A stretch of 64,000 bases of DNA from Lysobacterales bacterium (GCA_965212525.1 CBDBVC010000013.1:100002-164001); one strand, 5' to 3'; shown: positions 48,123 through 58,512, counted from the first letter of the stretch. Notes: a model not told the origin generated them from the letters alone. Program-made: numbers and translations.

Positions 48123-48914
48123 TTACCAGTGATTGCGCAGTTCACGCAGCTTGAGAAAAACGTCTCTGGCTGACGGGGCTGCCGCCAGTTCGGGAAACTC
48201 GTCGCGCAGCTGTTCAATCACCCCGGGCTGCTGCAATCGGAAAAAGGTATTCACCTTTCTTTCAAGTGACAGTGTGGTAACGAGTGGGTTGCCTGGATCC
48301 TGATTTTCCACCACCGAAAGCAGATCCGCGGCATCGGAATTGCCCGGTTCACGATTCAGGGTGAACTTGAGATTGTTGACGATGTAGTCATGGCCCGGAT
48401 AGATGTGGGTCTGTTCCGGCAGCACATTCAGCTGCGACTGGAAGGTGTCATACAGTTCATCCGGATGCCCGCCATTATGGCAGTTACCGGCGCCGGCATT
48501 GAACAGCGTGTCACCACAGAACAACGCCGGTTGTTCGGTTTGTGAAAGCAGGCAGACATGGCTCATCGTGTGACCGGGGGTATCCATGACACTCAGCTCG
48601 ACCGAGCTGCCAACACGCACGATATCGCCAGCCTGCAGCGCATTGCTCATGCCCGGAATTCGTCCGGCAGCACCGGCATGGGCATAGATCCGTGCGCCGG
48701 TCACGTTCATCAGGGGAACATTGCCTCCGGTATGGTCACCGTGCTCATGCGTGTTGAGTATGGCCGTGATTTCCCATCCGTTCTGCTGAGCAGTCTCCAG
48801 ACACAAATGATGCGCCAGGGGATCGATGGCCAGGGCTTCACCGGTCTCCGGGCAGACAATCAGATAGTTGTAATTCCTGAGCCGGTTGTTGGTCCAGATC
48901 TGTTTGACAATCAT
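48123..48914 (-). CDS. gloB: hydroxyacylglutathione hydrolase-like MBL-fold protein (GloB family)
   Basis: THEHGDHTGG (HxHxDH), TPGHTMSHV, FCGDTLF and PGHDY are collinear with E. coli GloB. ATG 48914 has GGAG 8 nt upstream. Confidence 0.75.
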   Translation of the reverse strand: MIVKQIWTNNRLRNYNYLIVCPETGEALAIDPLAHHLCLETAQQNGWEITAILNTHEHGDHTGGNVPLMNVTGARIYAHAGAAGRIPGMSNALQAGDIVRVGSSVELSVMDTPGHTMSHVCLLSQTEQPALFCGDTLFNAGAGNCHNGGHPDELYDTFQSQLNVLPEQTHIYPGHDYIVNNLKFTLNREPGNSDAADLLSVVENQDPGNPLVTTLSLERKVNTFFRLQQPGVIEQLRDEFPELAAAPSARDVFLKLRELRNHW

Positions 48915-49176
48915 TCGCATTCTCCGTGAGTCTGACAGACTAATCCCAGATGAGTGTTTCGACAAACTTTGTGTCTGTGGTGAATGATCATTGCATCAAC
49001 CATGATAACGTGAACCAATAATCCGGTACGTGATTGCACCATGGCAACGCTGGTCAGAAGTCAGGTATTTGTCAAAAAATGTAAAAGCAGCGTCTACTGT
49101 ACTTTCGGCATTGTGCGCACTCCTGATTTTTGGAATATACTGGGATCCAGAAGAGGAGGGTAGCGTGGACGTGACT

Positions 49177-49533
49177 ATGATTAGACAATCTATCGTCGGA
49201 TCGTTGACAATGGGTCTGACTTTAATTCTGGCTGGGTGTGGTGATCCGGCCGCCGAACTCACTGGCAACTGGCGACAAACCAGCGGTGACTACACCAATT
49301 CCACCCTGAGCCTCAACGCTGACGGCAGCGGCCGTTACAGTGTCAAGGGTGGTGTCAACTACGACATCGGCAACTGGAGTGCGGACGGTGATCGCATCAC
49401 GATCACCTTCCAGAGCAATGACGGTTACGATCAGGATTCTGTCCTGGCCGAATACGAGCTTGCGACCAACGTACTGACCATCGACTCTGCCACCAACTAC
49501 GAGAGCATGACCGGACGCTGGCAGCGCCAGTAG
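49177..49533 (+). CDS. small lipoprotein, unknown function
   Basis: Lipobox LILAGC after MIRQSIVGSLTMGLT. RBS gaggaggg upstream. 118 aa. Confidence 0.65.
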   Translation: MIRQSIVGSLTMGLTLILAGCGDPAAELTGNWRQTSGDYTNSTLSLNADGSGRYSVKGGVNYDIGNWSADGDRITITFQSNDGYDQDSVLAEYELATNVLTIDSATNYESMTGRWQRQ

Positions 49534-49564
49534 GCGATATCAGCGTTCTTCGATGCTGATCTGA

Positions 49565-51619
49565 TCAGCCACCACTCTCGTCAGGCTGCAGCAGCACCAG
49601 TGTCAGCACATCATACAGGGCGACCAGCTCGTCCTCCTGATTGGTCATTTCCACAGCCCATTTGACGATACCCTGCGGCGGTTCATCATCTCGCGGCGCT
49701 TTCCTGATTTTCTGTTTCACCACCAGCTTCACCGCAATGGTGTCACCGATGCCTACCGGTGTGATGAAACGCAGGTTATCAAGGCCGTAATTGGCCAGCA
49801 CTGGCCCGGGTGCCGGATCCACAAACAGACCTGCCGCCGCCGAGATCAGGAAATAGCCGTGAGCCACGCGCTTACCGAATACCGGCGATTGCTGTGCCGC
49901 AATGTCATCGAAATGGGCATAGAAATGATCGCCCGAGAGACAACCGAAATTGACGATATCAGCCTCGGTCACGGTGCGGCGGTGACTCTGGTAACACTCA
50001 CCGATGGCCAGCTCCTCGAAATACTTGCGGAACGGATGTACCACATCGGTCGTGGTGATTGCACCGGGTGTGTATTCATTGGTGATGGCCATCAGAGCGG
50101 ATGGCGATCCCTGGATGGCGGTGCGTTGCATGTAATGCTTGATGGCCAGCGAGCCACCCAGCTCCTCGCCGCCGCCGGCACGCCCCGGGCCACCATGAAC
50201 CAGCATCGGTAATGGCGAACCGTGACCGGTGGACTCTGCCGCACAATCTCGATTGATCACCAGCATGCGGCCGTGATACGAGGCACAGCCGAGTATCAGC
50301 TTGCGTGCCTCGCTGTTGTCGTGGGTAAATACCGAGCCGGCTAGTGAACCCTTGCCGCGACGCGCGATCTCGATGGCGTCATCGAGCGTGTCGTAGGGCA
50401 TGATGGTGTTGACCGGACCAAAGGCCTCGATGGCATGCGGGCCATCCTCGGTTGCCAGTGGCTGGCCGCAATAGAGCAATGTCGGTGGATAGAATGCACC
50501 CTTCTCGGCGTCGGCATCGAGCACCTCGAAGTTTTCCTTTTCACCATAGACCACCTGACAGGTCTGCTTCAGTTTTTCCACATTTTCACGGACATCATCA
50601 CGCTGGGATTGCCCCACCAGGGCGCCCATGCGCACTTCCCTGTTGTCAGGGTTGCCGATGACAACGCCATCAAGCCGCTTGCTGATGGCATCGATGGCCG
50701 GTTCGAGCAGATCTCGCGGCACGATGGTGCGGCGAATGGCAGTACATTTCTGACCCGCCTTGACCGTCATCTCGTTGACCACTTCCTTGACGAACAGCTT
50801 GAATTCTTCCGAATCCGGCTTCACGGTTTCGCCCAGTATGCAGCAGTTCAGTGAATCGGCCTCGGTATTGAACGGGATGCAGTTATTGACAATATTCGGA
50901 TGCGCCTTCAGCTTCTGCGCGGTACTGGCCGAACCGGTAAAGGTCACCACATCCTGACTGGTGAGGTGATCGAAAAGGTCACCGATACCACCACAGATCA
51001 GCTGTATCGAGCCTTCCGGGAAAATCTCGCTGGCAATCATTTCGCGAACCATGGCTTCGGTGAGATAACAGGTCACGGTGCCCGGCTTGACGATCACCGG
51101 CATGCCGGCGATCAGTGAGGGTGCAATCTTCTCCAGCATGCCCCAGCAGGGGAAATTGAAGGCATTGATGTGCAGCGACACCCCATTTTTCGGCGTCAGG
51201 ATGTGGCGCGCGACGAAGGTGCCGTTCTTGGACAGCGGGATCGAATCACCCTCGACGATGTAGGGCTCGTTGGGCAGTTCACGACGTGCGATCGAGGACA
51301 TTGAAAACATCGTGCCGATGCCTCCCTCGATATCAACCCAGCCATCCGACCGCGTGGCACCGGTCATGGCTGAAATGGGGTAGAACTGTTTCTTCTTCTC
51401 GTTCAGGTGCATGGCCAGTGCTTTCAGCGCCAGTGCACGTTCGTGGATGGTCATCTCACGCAATGTCGATTTGCGACCGTAATCCAGAACCGCCTTGAAA
51501 TCGATGCCGTCGGAAGAGACGGTACCGATCTGTTCGCCTGTGACCGCGTTATAGACCGCCCTGCCCTGGCTGTCCGATTCGAACCATTGTCCGTTTACAT
51601 AACTGGCAATTTTCTTCAT
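49565..51619 (-). CDS. paaZ: bifunctional oxepin-CoA hydrolase / 3-oxo-5,6-dehydrosuberyl-CoA semialdehyde dehydrogenase
   Basis: 684 aa. An N-terminal aldehyde dehydrogenase domain (MKKIASYVNGQWFES..., ...GQKCTAIRR) is followed by a C-terminal MaoC/hot-dog hydratase domain. It sits in paa context. Confidence 0.9.
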   Translation of the reverse strand: MKKIASYVNGQWFESDSQGRAVYNAVTGEQIGTVSSDGIDFKAVLDYGRKSTLREMTIHERALALKALAMHLNEKKKQFYPISAMTGATRSDGWVDIEGGIGTMFSMSSIARRELPNEPYIVEGDSIPLSKNGTFVARHILTPKNGVSLHINAFNFPCWGMLEKIAPSLIAGMPVIVKPGTVTCYLTEAMVREMIASEIFPEGSIQLICGGIGDLFDHLTSQDVVTFTGSASTAQKLKAHPNIVNNCIPFNTEADSLNCCILGETVKPDSEEFKLFVKEVVNEMTVKAGQKCTAIRRTIVPRDLLEPAIDAISKRLDGVVIGNPDNREVRMGALVGQSQRDDVRENVEKLKQTCQVVYGEKENFEVLDADAEKGAFYPPTLLYCGQPLATEDGPHAIEAFGPVNTIMPYDTLDDAIEIARRGKGSLAGSVFTHDNSEARKLILGCASYHGRMLVINRDCAAESTGHGSPLPMLVHGGPGRAGGGEELGGSLAIKHYMQRTAIQGSPSALMAITNEYTPGAITTTDVVHPFRKYFEELAIGECYQSHRRTVTEADIVNFGCLSGDHFYAHFDDIAAQQSPVFGKRVAHGYFLISAAAGLFVDPAPGPVLANYGLDNLRFITPVGIGDTIAVKLVVKQKIRKAPRDDEPPQGIVKWAVEMTNQEDELVALYDVLTLVLLQPDESGG

Positions 51620-51629
51620 GTGTCAGGGC

Positions 51630-52247
51630 CTATTTCCGTGTTTGATTGAGTGGTTGAAGGGCTTCAGCCTCGAAGCGCCTGCGGTTGGGTTCTGCTTCAG
51701 TCAGGGCGGTGGTCTGCGTCAGGGTATCCCTGCAGCGACCAACCAGCTGATGGTACTCGGCCGTGCCCTGGCGTTTCCAGTCGATTTCCTGTTCCGTCAG
51801 CTCACGCAGAACACGGGCAGGCGATCCGACGATCAGCTGACCGGGATCGAATTCGGTGCCGGCACGAACGAAGGCATTGGCACCGACAATACAGTTCTCG
51901 CCGATCACCACATCGTCCATGATGACGCTATTCATGCCCACCAGTGCATTGCGACTGATGTGGCAGCCGTGCAGAATGGCGCCATGACCAATGTGCCCGT
52001 CGACGTCGACGATCACATCCTTGCCCGGAAATGAATGTGCAATGCAGCCGTCCTGGACATTGCTGCCTTCCCTGAGCGTGATGCGGCCCATGTCGCCACG
52101 CAGCGATGCGAATGGACCAACATAGACATTGGCACCGATAATCACATCCCCGATCAAAACGGCCTTCGGATGAACGAAGGCCTCGGGATGCACAACCGGG
52201 GTCAGGCCATCGATGGACCAGACCGATAATTGTTCTGACTGATTCAT
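51630..52247 (-). CDS. paaY: phenylacetic acid degradation protein PaaY (hexapeptide-repeat, gamma-carbonic-anhydrase-like)
   Basis: Left-handed beta-helix hexapeptide repeats ([40 protein letters not shown]). 205 aa. Adjacent to paaZ. Confidence 0.85.
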   Translation of the reverse strand: MNQSEQLSVWSIDGLTPVVHPEAFVHPKAVLIGDVIIGANVYVGPFASLRGDMGRITLREGSNVQDGCIAHSFPGKDVIVDVDGHIGHGAILHGCHISRNALVGMNSVIMDDVVIGENCIVGANAFVRAGTEFDPGQLIVGSPARVLRELTEQEIDWKRQGTAEYHQLVGRCRDTLTQTTALTEAEPNRRRFEAEALQPLNQTRK

Positions 52248-52384
52248 CCCGCCATTGTACAACAAGGTCGTCTTGACAGGGATGATTCATGGTACCATGC
52301 ACGACTGAATTTCAGCATTGATTCACCACTAACATGACGCTGACCCTGTCCCGGAACCCTGACCCGAAATCATGACCCAGAATC

Positions 52385-53155
52385 ATGTCAAATAACACGC
52401 AGCCTGTCCTCTGCAGCAATCCGGCCGAGAAGGTCAGCCTGATCACGCTTAACCGGCCACAGCAGCGCAATGCGCTGACCAACGATGTGCTCCGGGCCAT
52501 TGGCGATCACCTGCATAATGATGAGGCACGCTGTTTTGTCATCACCGGCAATGACCGCGTCTTTGCAGCCGGAGCCGATCTGAAGGAACTGGCGGCCATG
52601 AACGCCACCGACTGCCACCGTGATGAGCGGCCGGCATTGTGGCGCCGTATCGCCGACAGTCCCAAACCCGTGATTGCGGCCGTCAATGGCCTGGCGCTGG
52701 GTGCCGGTTGTGAACTGGTCCTGCATACCGACATTGTCATCACTGGCGAGTCCACCCGGCTGGGCCAGCCGGAAATCAATCTGGGCATGATTCCGGGTGC
52801 TGGCGGCACACAGCGGCTGATCCGCGCCGTCGGCAAGTCCCGTGCCATGCAGATGGTGATGACGGGCGAGATGATCAGTGGCAGACAGGCCGTTGAGTTC
52901 GGCCTGGCCAGTGAGGTGGTGATTGACCCACTGGTCGTCGATCGTGCAGTGGAGCTGGCCAGCCGTATTGCCGCCAAACCGCCATTGGCGATTCGCCAGG
53001 CCAGACAGGTGCTTCAGGCTGCCTATGAGACGCACTTGCGTGAGGGCATGGAACTTGAGCGTCGCGCCTTCTGTCTGCTGGCCGACACCGATGACCGAAA
53101 CGAGGGCATTACCGCATTTTTCGAAAAGCGGCCCGCCCGCTTCGAGGGAACCTGA
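52385..53155 (+). CDS. paaF: 2,3-dehydroadipyl-CoA hydratase (crotonase family)
   Basis: 256 aa crotonase fold (VFAAGADLKE, AAVNGLALGAGCEL). First gene of the paaFGHJ order. Confidence 0.8.
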   Translation: MSNNTQPVLCSNPAEKVSLITLNRPQQRNALTNDVLRAIGDHLHNDEARCFVITGNDRVFAAGADLKELAAMNATDCHRDERPALWRRIADSPKPVIAAVNGLALGAGCELVLHTDIVITGESTRLGQPEINLGMIPGAGGTQRLIRAVGKSRAMQMVMTGEMISGRQAVEFGLASEVVIDPLVVDRAVELASRIAAKPPLAIRQARQVLQAAYETHLREGMELERRAFCLLADTDDRNEGITAFFEKRPARFEGT

Positions 53156-53946
53156 TGAGTTATCAACATATCCTGTTCGAGATTGAACAAGGCGTTGCCG
53201 AGTTGACACTGAACCGGCCCGATTGCCTCAACAGTTTCAATGCCGACATGCACGAGGAAGTGCGTTCGGCGATGAAAACCGTACGTAGTGATGAGTCCAT
53301 CCGATGTCTGTTGCTGACCGGGGCCGGCCGCGGCTTCTGTGCCGGCCAGGACCTGAGCGATCGAAATGTGGCCGTTGACGCAGGACCGCCCGATCTTGGC
53401 CTGTCGATCAGCAAGAACTACAACCCGCTGATTCGCTCGATCATGAATCTCGAGATGCCCGTGATCTGTGCGGTCAACGGCGTTGCCGCCGGAGCCGGGG
53501 CCAATATCGCACTGGCCTGCGACATTGTGCTGGCCGCGCGATCGGCCAGTTTCGTGCAGGCCTTCTGCAAGATCGGTCTGCTGCCCGACTCGGGCGGTAC
53601 CTGGAGCCTGCCACAGATGGTAGGCCTGGCACGCGCCAAGGGGCTGGCCATGCTGGGTGACAAGCTGTCAGCCGAACAGGCTGAAACCTGGGGCCTGATC
53701 TGGCGCTGCATCGATGACGATGCTCTCATGACCGAGGCCCGCACCATGGCCAGACACCTGGCGACCCAGCCGACACAGGGACTGGCCTATATCAAGAAAG
53801 CGCTGCACGCCGGTGCCAGCAATACCGCAGATGCACAGCTTGAACTGGAGTGCCAGTTGCAGACCGTCGCCGGCAAATCCAATGATTACCGCGAGGGCGT
53901 GGCGGCCTTCATGGAAAAGCGCAAACCTGAATTCCGGGGTAACTAA
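53155..53946 (+). CDS. paaG: 1,2-epoxyphenylacetyl-CoA isomerase (crotonase family)
   Basis: 263 aa. GAGRGFCAGQDL and CAVNGVAAGAGANIALACD. ATGA coupling to paaF. Confidence 0.8.
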   Translation: MSYQHILFEIEQGVAELTLNRPDCLNSFNADMHEEVRSAMKTVRSDESIRCLLLTGAGRGFCAGQDLSDRNVAVDAGPPDLGLSISKNYNPLIRSIMNLEMPVICAVNGVAAGAGANIALACDIVLAARSASFVQAFCKIGLLPDSGGTWSLPQMVGLARAKGLAMLGDKLSAEQAETWGLIWRCIDDDALMTEARTMARHLATQPTQGLAYIKKALHAGASNTADAQLELECQLQTVAGKSNDYREGVAAFMEKRKPEFRGN

Positions 53947-55482
53947 ATGACAGCCCTTGACACATCCATCACCGTTTCCGTCATAGGTGCCGGCACCATG
54001 GGCGCCGGAATTGCACAGGTGGCGGCGGCTGCAGGTCATCCCGTGCGACTGTACGACAACCAGGCCGAAGCCGTGCAGCAGGGGATCGATCGTACGGCAA
54101 AGGGACTGGCAAGGCTGGTCGACAAGGGCAGGATTACTGCCGATGACCGACAGGCTCTGCTGGACCGGATCACACCGGCATCCTCACTCGACGAGCTGGC
54201 AGATTCCGGCCTGGTGATCGAAGCGATCATCGAGGATCGCGACATCAAGGTGTCGCTGTTTCGTGAACTGCAGGGCCTGTGCAATGACGATTGCATCATG
54301 GCCACCAACACCTCATCCATCTCCGTCACGGCCATTGGCGCCGGACTGGAGCGACCGGAACAGCTGGTCGGCATGCATTTTTTCAACCCGGCACCGGTGA
54401 TGAAGCTGGTCGAGGTAATCCGTGGTCTGGCTACTGATGAAGCCATTGCCAAAACGGTGTTCGATACGGCAACGGCCTGGGGCAAGATCGCCGTGCATGC
54501 CCGTTCCACACCGGGCTTCATCGTCAATCGCGTGGCTCGGCCGTTCTATGCCGAGGCCCTGCGCATCGTCGAGGAAGGCGGTGCCAGTGTGGCGCAGGTG
54601 GACGAATGTCTGAAGGCCTCGACCGGTTTCCGCATGGGTCCGTTCGAGCTGATGGACCTGATCGGAAATGACGTCAACTACGCCGTCACCTGTTCGGTCT
54701 ATGATGCCTTCTACAAGGACACCCGTTTTCGCCCCAGTCTGCTGCAGGCCGAGATGGTCAACGCCGGCCGGCTCGGTCGCAAGAGCGGTCACGGCTATTA
54801 CGACTACCGCGATGACGCACCGAAGCCGATGCTGCCCCGGGTGACGCCGGGTGCCAAGCCCGAGCACGTACGCCTGATGGGCCGACTCGGCACGGCACAT
54901 GCGTTAAAGCGCCGCGCGGAATCTGTGGGCATTCATGTGGAACAGTGCACCGGGGAAGGCTACCTGATGATCAGCGGTATCTGCATTCGACCCTGCGACG
55001 GCCGATCGGCCACTCAGGTCGCCGCCGAGACCCGGCACGATGATACCGTACTGTTTGATCTTGCCAGTGATTACGACCATGTCGGTCAGCTCACCATCAC
55101 CCAGTCCGATCAGGCCGCACCCGAAGCCTGCGCCATCGCTGCTGGCTTCTTCGCTGCCATGGGCATCAACTGCATACAGATCGATGACATCCCGGGCATG
55201 ATCAGTCTGCGTACCGTGTGCATGCTGGCCAACGAGGCTGCCGATGCCGTCGGCAAGCAGGTGGCCACCGAAAGCGATGTCGACCAGGCCATGCAATACG
55301 GCGTCAACTACCCGCGCGGCCCACTCGAATGGGCGCGTCAGATCGGCCTGGCCCAGGTGGTCTACGTGCTCGACAATCTGGCCTCGCATTATCAGGAAAC
55401 CCGTTTCCGCGTCTCCTCCTGGCTGCGCCGTCAGCAGTACGCCCAGTCGGCCGATCAACCCAAGGACCATTACACCCACTGA
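53947..55482 (+). CDS. paaH: 3-hydroxyadipyl-CoA dehydrogenase
   Basis: Rossmann VSVIGAGTMGAGIAQV and the 3-hydroxyacyl-CoA dehydrogenase signature (HFFNPAPVMKLVEVI). The duplicated C-terminal domain is typical of the long PaaH/PaaC form. Confidence 0.85.
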   Translation: MTALDTSITVSVIGAGTMGAGIAQVAAAAGHPVRLYDNQAEAVQQGIDRTAKGLARLVDKGRITADDRQALLDRITPASSLDELADSGLVIEAIIEDRDIKVSLFRELQGLCNDDCIMATNTSSISVTAIGAGLERPEQLVGMHFFNPAPVMKLVEVIRGLATDEAIAKTVFDTATAWGKIAVHARSTPGFIVNRVARPFYAEALRIVEEGGASVAQVDECLKASTGFRMGPFELMDLIGNDVNYAVTCSVYDAFYKDTRFRPSLLQAEMVNAGRLGRKSGHGYYDYRDDAPKPMLPRVTPGAKPEHVRLMGRLGTAHALKRRAESVGIHVEQCTGEGYLMISGICIRPCDGRSATQVAAETRHDDTVLFDLASDYDHVGQLTITQSDQAAPEACAIAAGFFAAMGINCIQIDDIPGMISLRTVCMLANEAADAVGKQVATESDVDQAMQYGVNYPRGPLEWARQIGLAQVVYVLDNLASHYQETRFRVSSWLRRQQYAQSADQPKDHYTH

Positions 55483-55522
55483 ACGGGCCCTGCATCGGGC
55501 CTTGCAACAGACAGGAACTGCC

Positions 55523-56740
55523 ATGACCGAAGCCAACGCCGCCTATATCTGTGACGCCATCCGTACCCCGATCGGTCGTTATGGCGGATCGCTGTCCAGC
55601 GTGCGTGCCGATGATCTCGGCGCCATCCCGATGACGGCATTGATGGAGCGAAATCCCGATCTGGATTTCTCGAACATCGACGATGTCATCTACGGCTGTG
55701 CCAATCAGGCCGGCGAAGACAACCGCAATGTGGCCCGCATGAGCGCCCTGCTGGCCGGTCTGCCCGAATCGGTCGCCGGCTGCACGGTAAATCGCTTGTG
55801 CGGCTCTGGCATGCAGGCGATCGGTGACGCTGCCCGTGCCATCCGCGCCGGTGATGCCGGACTGATGATTGCCGGTGGCGTTGAATCCATGTCGCGTGCC
55901 CCGTTTGTGGTGGCCAAGGCTACCAGTGCCTTCTCTCGCAATGCCGAGATGTACGACACCACCATTGGCTGGCGCTTCATCAACAGGGCCATGAAAAAGC
56001 AGTTTGGTACCGATTCCATGCCGGAGACGGCTGAAAATGTCGCCGAGGATTTCGAAATCTCGCGTCAGGATCAGGACCGTTTCGCGCTGACCTCGCAGCA
56101 GAAGGTGATCCGGGCACGCGCGGCCGGCTTCCACGAGGCCGAGATCGTGCCCGTCACCATAGCCCGGCGCAAACAGGAGCCGCTGGTCTTTGCCCACGAT
56201 GAACATCCGCGTGAAACCAGCCTGGATGCCCTCGGCAACCTGGGCACACCGTTCAGGGAAAACGGCAGCATCACGGCTGGCAATGCCTCTGGCGTCAATG
56301 ACGGTGCCTGTGCCCTGCTCCTGGCCTCGGGCGAATCGCTCGAAACCCATGGCCTGACAGCACGAGCCGAAGTTCTCGGCATGTCAGTCGCCGGTGTGGC
56401 ACCACGAATCATGGGCATCGGCCCGGTAGAGGCCACCCGCAAGGTGCTGGCACTGACCGGCCTGACACTCGATCAGATGGACACCATCGAACTGAACGAG
56501 GCCTTTGCCGCCCAGTCGCTGGCCTGCCTGCGTCAGCTCGGCCTTGATGATGACGACGACCGCGTCAATCCCAATGGTGGCGCCATTGCGCTGGGACACC
56601 CGCTGGGCATGAGCGGCGCCCGTCTGGTCACCACCGCGCTGAATCAGCTGGAGAAGACCGGCGGCGAGTACGGTCTCTGCACCATGTGCATTGGTGTGGG
56701 ACAGGGCATCGCCATGGTGATACGACGAGTCGACAACTGA
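55523..56740 (+). CDS. paaJ: 3-oxoadipyl-CoA / 3-oxo-5,6-dehydrosuberyl-CoA thiolase
   Basis: Thiolase motifs (VNRLCGSGMQA, NPNGGAIALGHPLGMSGAR, CIGVGQG). ATG 55523 (MTEANAAYICDAIRTPIGR) is preferred over the listed 55244 start, which overlaps paaH. Confidence 0.9.
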   Translation: MTEANAAYICDAIRTPIGRYGGSLSSVRADDLGAIPMTALMERNPDLDFSNIDDVIYGCANQAGEDNRNVARMSALLAGLPESVAGCTVNRLCGSGMQAIGDAARAIRAGDAGLMIAGGVESMSRAPFVVAKATSAFSRNAEMYDTTIGWRFINRAMKKQFGTDSMPETAENVAEDFEISRQDQDRFALTSQQKVIRARAAGFHEAEIVPVTIARRKQEPLVFAHDEHPRETSLDALGNLGTPFRENGSITAGNASGVNDGACALLLASGESLETHGLTARAEVLGMSVAGVAPRIMGIGPVEATRKVLALTGLTLDQMDTIELNEAFAAQSLACLRQLGLDDDDDRVNPNGGAIALGHPLGMSGARLVTTALNQLEKTGGEYGLCTMCIGVGQGIAMVIRRVDN

Positions 56741-57002
56741 TTTCAGGACCCGGTGACTGCCGGATTCACGGTATCTGGTTTATCCTTCTGCCAGCATCAT
56801 GACCTGCTCAACTGGCCCTGCCACCATTAGGGAGACACCACTGACCTGCGCAGAATCTGTCTCGTTCATGACCGAGTTTCCAGTCGGAATACGAATACTG
56901 TAGCAAGCGGGTAAACAATCAATGGCTGGTTCAGAGTACCTGCCCGGTGCTGCGTGCATACAAAATCATTAATCAATACCCGTTCAATCGAAGGAGTCGC
57001 CC

Positions 57003-57530
57003 ATGAATTGTCCTGCGTGTCACAACACCCTGATCCCGGTCACCGTCAGCGATATCGAGCTTGATGTGTGCAAGGGCGGTTGTGGCGGAATCTGGTTCGA
57101 TCAGCATGAATTCAGGAAGTTTGATGAACCGCATGAAGCGCCTGATATCGACCTGCTCACTATTCCGATCAATCCAGCGATCCGCGTCAGCCAGGGCGAA
57201 AAACGACACTGCCCCAGGTGCAGCGACACAGCCATGATGAAGCACTATTCCAGCATCACGCACAACGTTGAAATAGATACCTGCCCCAGATGTGCAGGCA
57301 CCTGGCTCGATACCGGAGAACTGAACAGCATCCGTACGGAATTTACATCAGAGGCGGAACGCCAATCGGCAGCAGAATCGGCATTCAGCCAGATGTTCGA
57401 TGCCGAACTCGAATCGATCGCGGCAAAGGGCGAAGCCAAACTGGCCAAATCGAAACGCTTTGCCAGAATGTTCAAATTCATATGTCCGTCGTATTACATA
57501 CCTGGCAAACAGGATGGGGGCGCGTTTTAA
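57003..57530 (+). CDS. double zinc-ribbon protein (zf-TFIIB-like, PF13453 type)
   Basis: Two copies of CPxC...(D/E)xCxxCxGxW(F/L)D: MNCPACHN...LDVCKGGCGGIWFDQHEF and HCPRCSD...IDTCPRCAGTWLDTGEL. Confidence 0.75.
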   Translation: MNCPACHNTLIPVTVSDIELDVCKGGCGGIWFDQHEFRKFDEPHEAPDIDLLTIPINPAIRVSQGEKRHCPRCSDTAMMKHYSSITHNVEIDTCPRCAGTWLDTGELNSIRTEFTSEAERQSAAESAFSQMFDAELESIAAKGEAKLAKSKRFARMFKFICPSYYIPGKQDGGAF

Positions 57531-57630
57531 CCGCGCATTAGCAACGATTTAACGAAGCTGTGGTCACAATTAACCGTCATTCACAGACAAAACACCATAT
57601 TCCAATCGACACGAAGACAAGGACAACAAG

Positions 57631-58059
57631 ATGAAAACACTCAAAATCATTGCAGTGAACCTGCTACTGCTGCTTGCTGCCAGCAACACGGTCATGGCAT
57701 CAGAAGACGAACTGCTCGTGGTTGCACCCGCCGACCTGAACCAGTACTGGACGGTGACCAAACGAAAGGCACCCACCTATCCGAGAACTCAATTGCGCCA
57801 GGGCATCGAGGGCTGCGTCACACTGGGCTTCATCATCGAGGCGAACGGCAAGGTTTCCAGTCCGAAGGTGATTGCAGCCGAACCCGGTCGCGTCTTTGCC
57901 GCAGCCGCCATCAAGGCCATCAAGCGCTGGCGATTCGAGCCATCCGGCAGCAACGCTTCGGCCACCCCCGTGTATACCACCCAGACTCTGAATTTTGATG
58001 TTGCGGGCAACGGATCGGACTCTCGGCTGGAATCTGTGCAAACCTGTGGTAGCGCTTAG
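57631..58059 (+). CDS. secreted TonB C-terminal-domain protein
   Basis: A signal peptide is followed by YPRTQLRQGIEGCVTLGFIIEANGKVSSPKVIAAEPGRVFAAAAIKAIKRWRFEP, the TonB_C pattern. It lacks the Pro-rich spacer and TM anchor of a full TonB. Confidence 0.7.
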   Translation: MKTLKIIAVNLLLLLAASNTVMASEDELLVVAPADLNQYWTVTKRKAPTYPRTQLRQGIEGCVTLGFIIEANGKVSSPKVIAAEPGRVFAAAAIKAIKRWRFEPSGSNASATPVYTTQTLNFDVAGNGSDSRLESVQTCGSA

Positions 58060-58191
58060 CGACATCTGTCGTGGAATAATCGATACCGGAATGAGCCGAG
58101 ATGAAATGACAACGCACATGGCCATGACAACATGTGTGTGACTGCTTACGCGTTGCTTCGGCTGCCCCTTAACACTGCGTTATGAATATCT

Positions 58192-58512
58192 ATGAATGAA
58201 TTCAAAACAATAGGGTTTTCCGTCATATTTTTTGCGATTGCATTTTTGCTGGCCGCAATACTTGGTTATGCTGAAAGCTGGAAAGATGTAGTGCTAATTA
58301 CGCTTATCGGTGCCTTTGTTGGCCTTGTGGCCGCCCCGGTATTAGAACCAAAGAAATTCAAGCATGCACGATTTTTTCAGCTTATTTCCGGGTCATTCGC
58401 TGGGGGAATAGTCGGTTATCTGGTTTCTGAAGAACTAATGTTTGCAGGTCTAGGCATAATAATCGGAGGCTTGCTAGGTGTTACTGCATCATTCTGGATT
58501 AAGGGTTTGTAG
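58192..58512 (+). CDS. small membrane protein (3 TM), unknown function, in an AT-richer patch
   Basis: 106 aa of hydrophobic, Gly-rich segments. The codon usage is visibly AT-richer than the neighbours. Confidence 0.5.
   Translation: MNEFKTIGFSVIFFAIAFLLAAILGYAESWKDVVLITLIGAFVGLVAAPVLEPKKFKHARFFQLISGSFAGGIVGYLVSEELMFAGLGIIIGGLLGVTASFWIKGL

Noticed and set aside
55244-55522. The listed 498-aa form of the thiolase ORF, which starts at 55244 inside paaH.
   Set aside because: The extension overlaps 239 nt of paaH in another frame and has no thiolase similarity. The canonical thiolase N-terminus (MTEANAAYICDAIRTPIGR) starts at ATG 55523.
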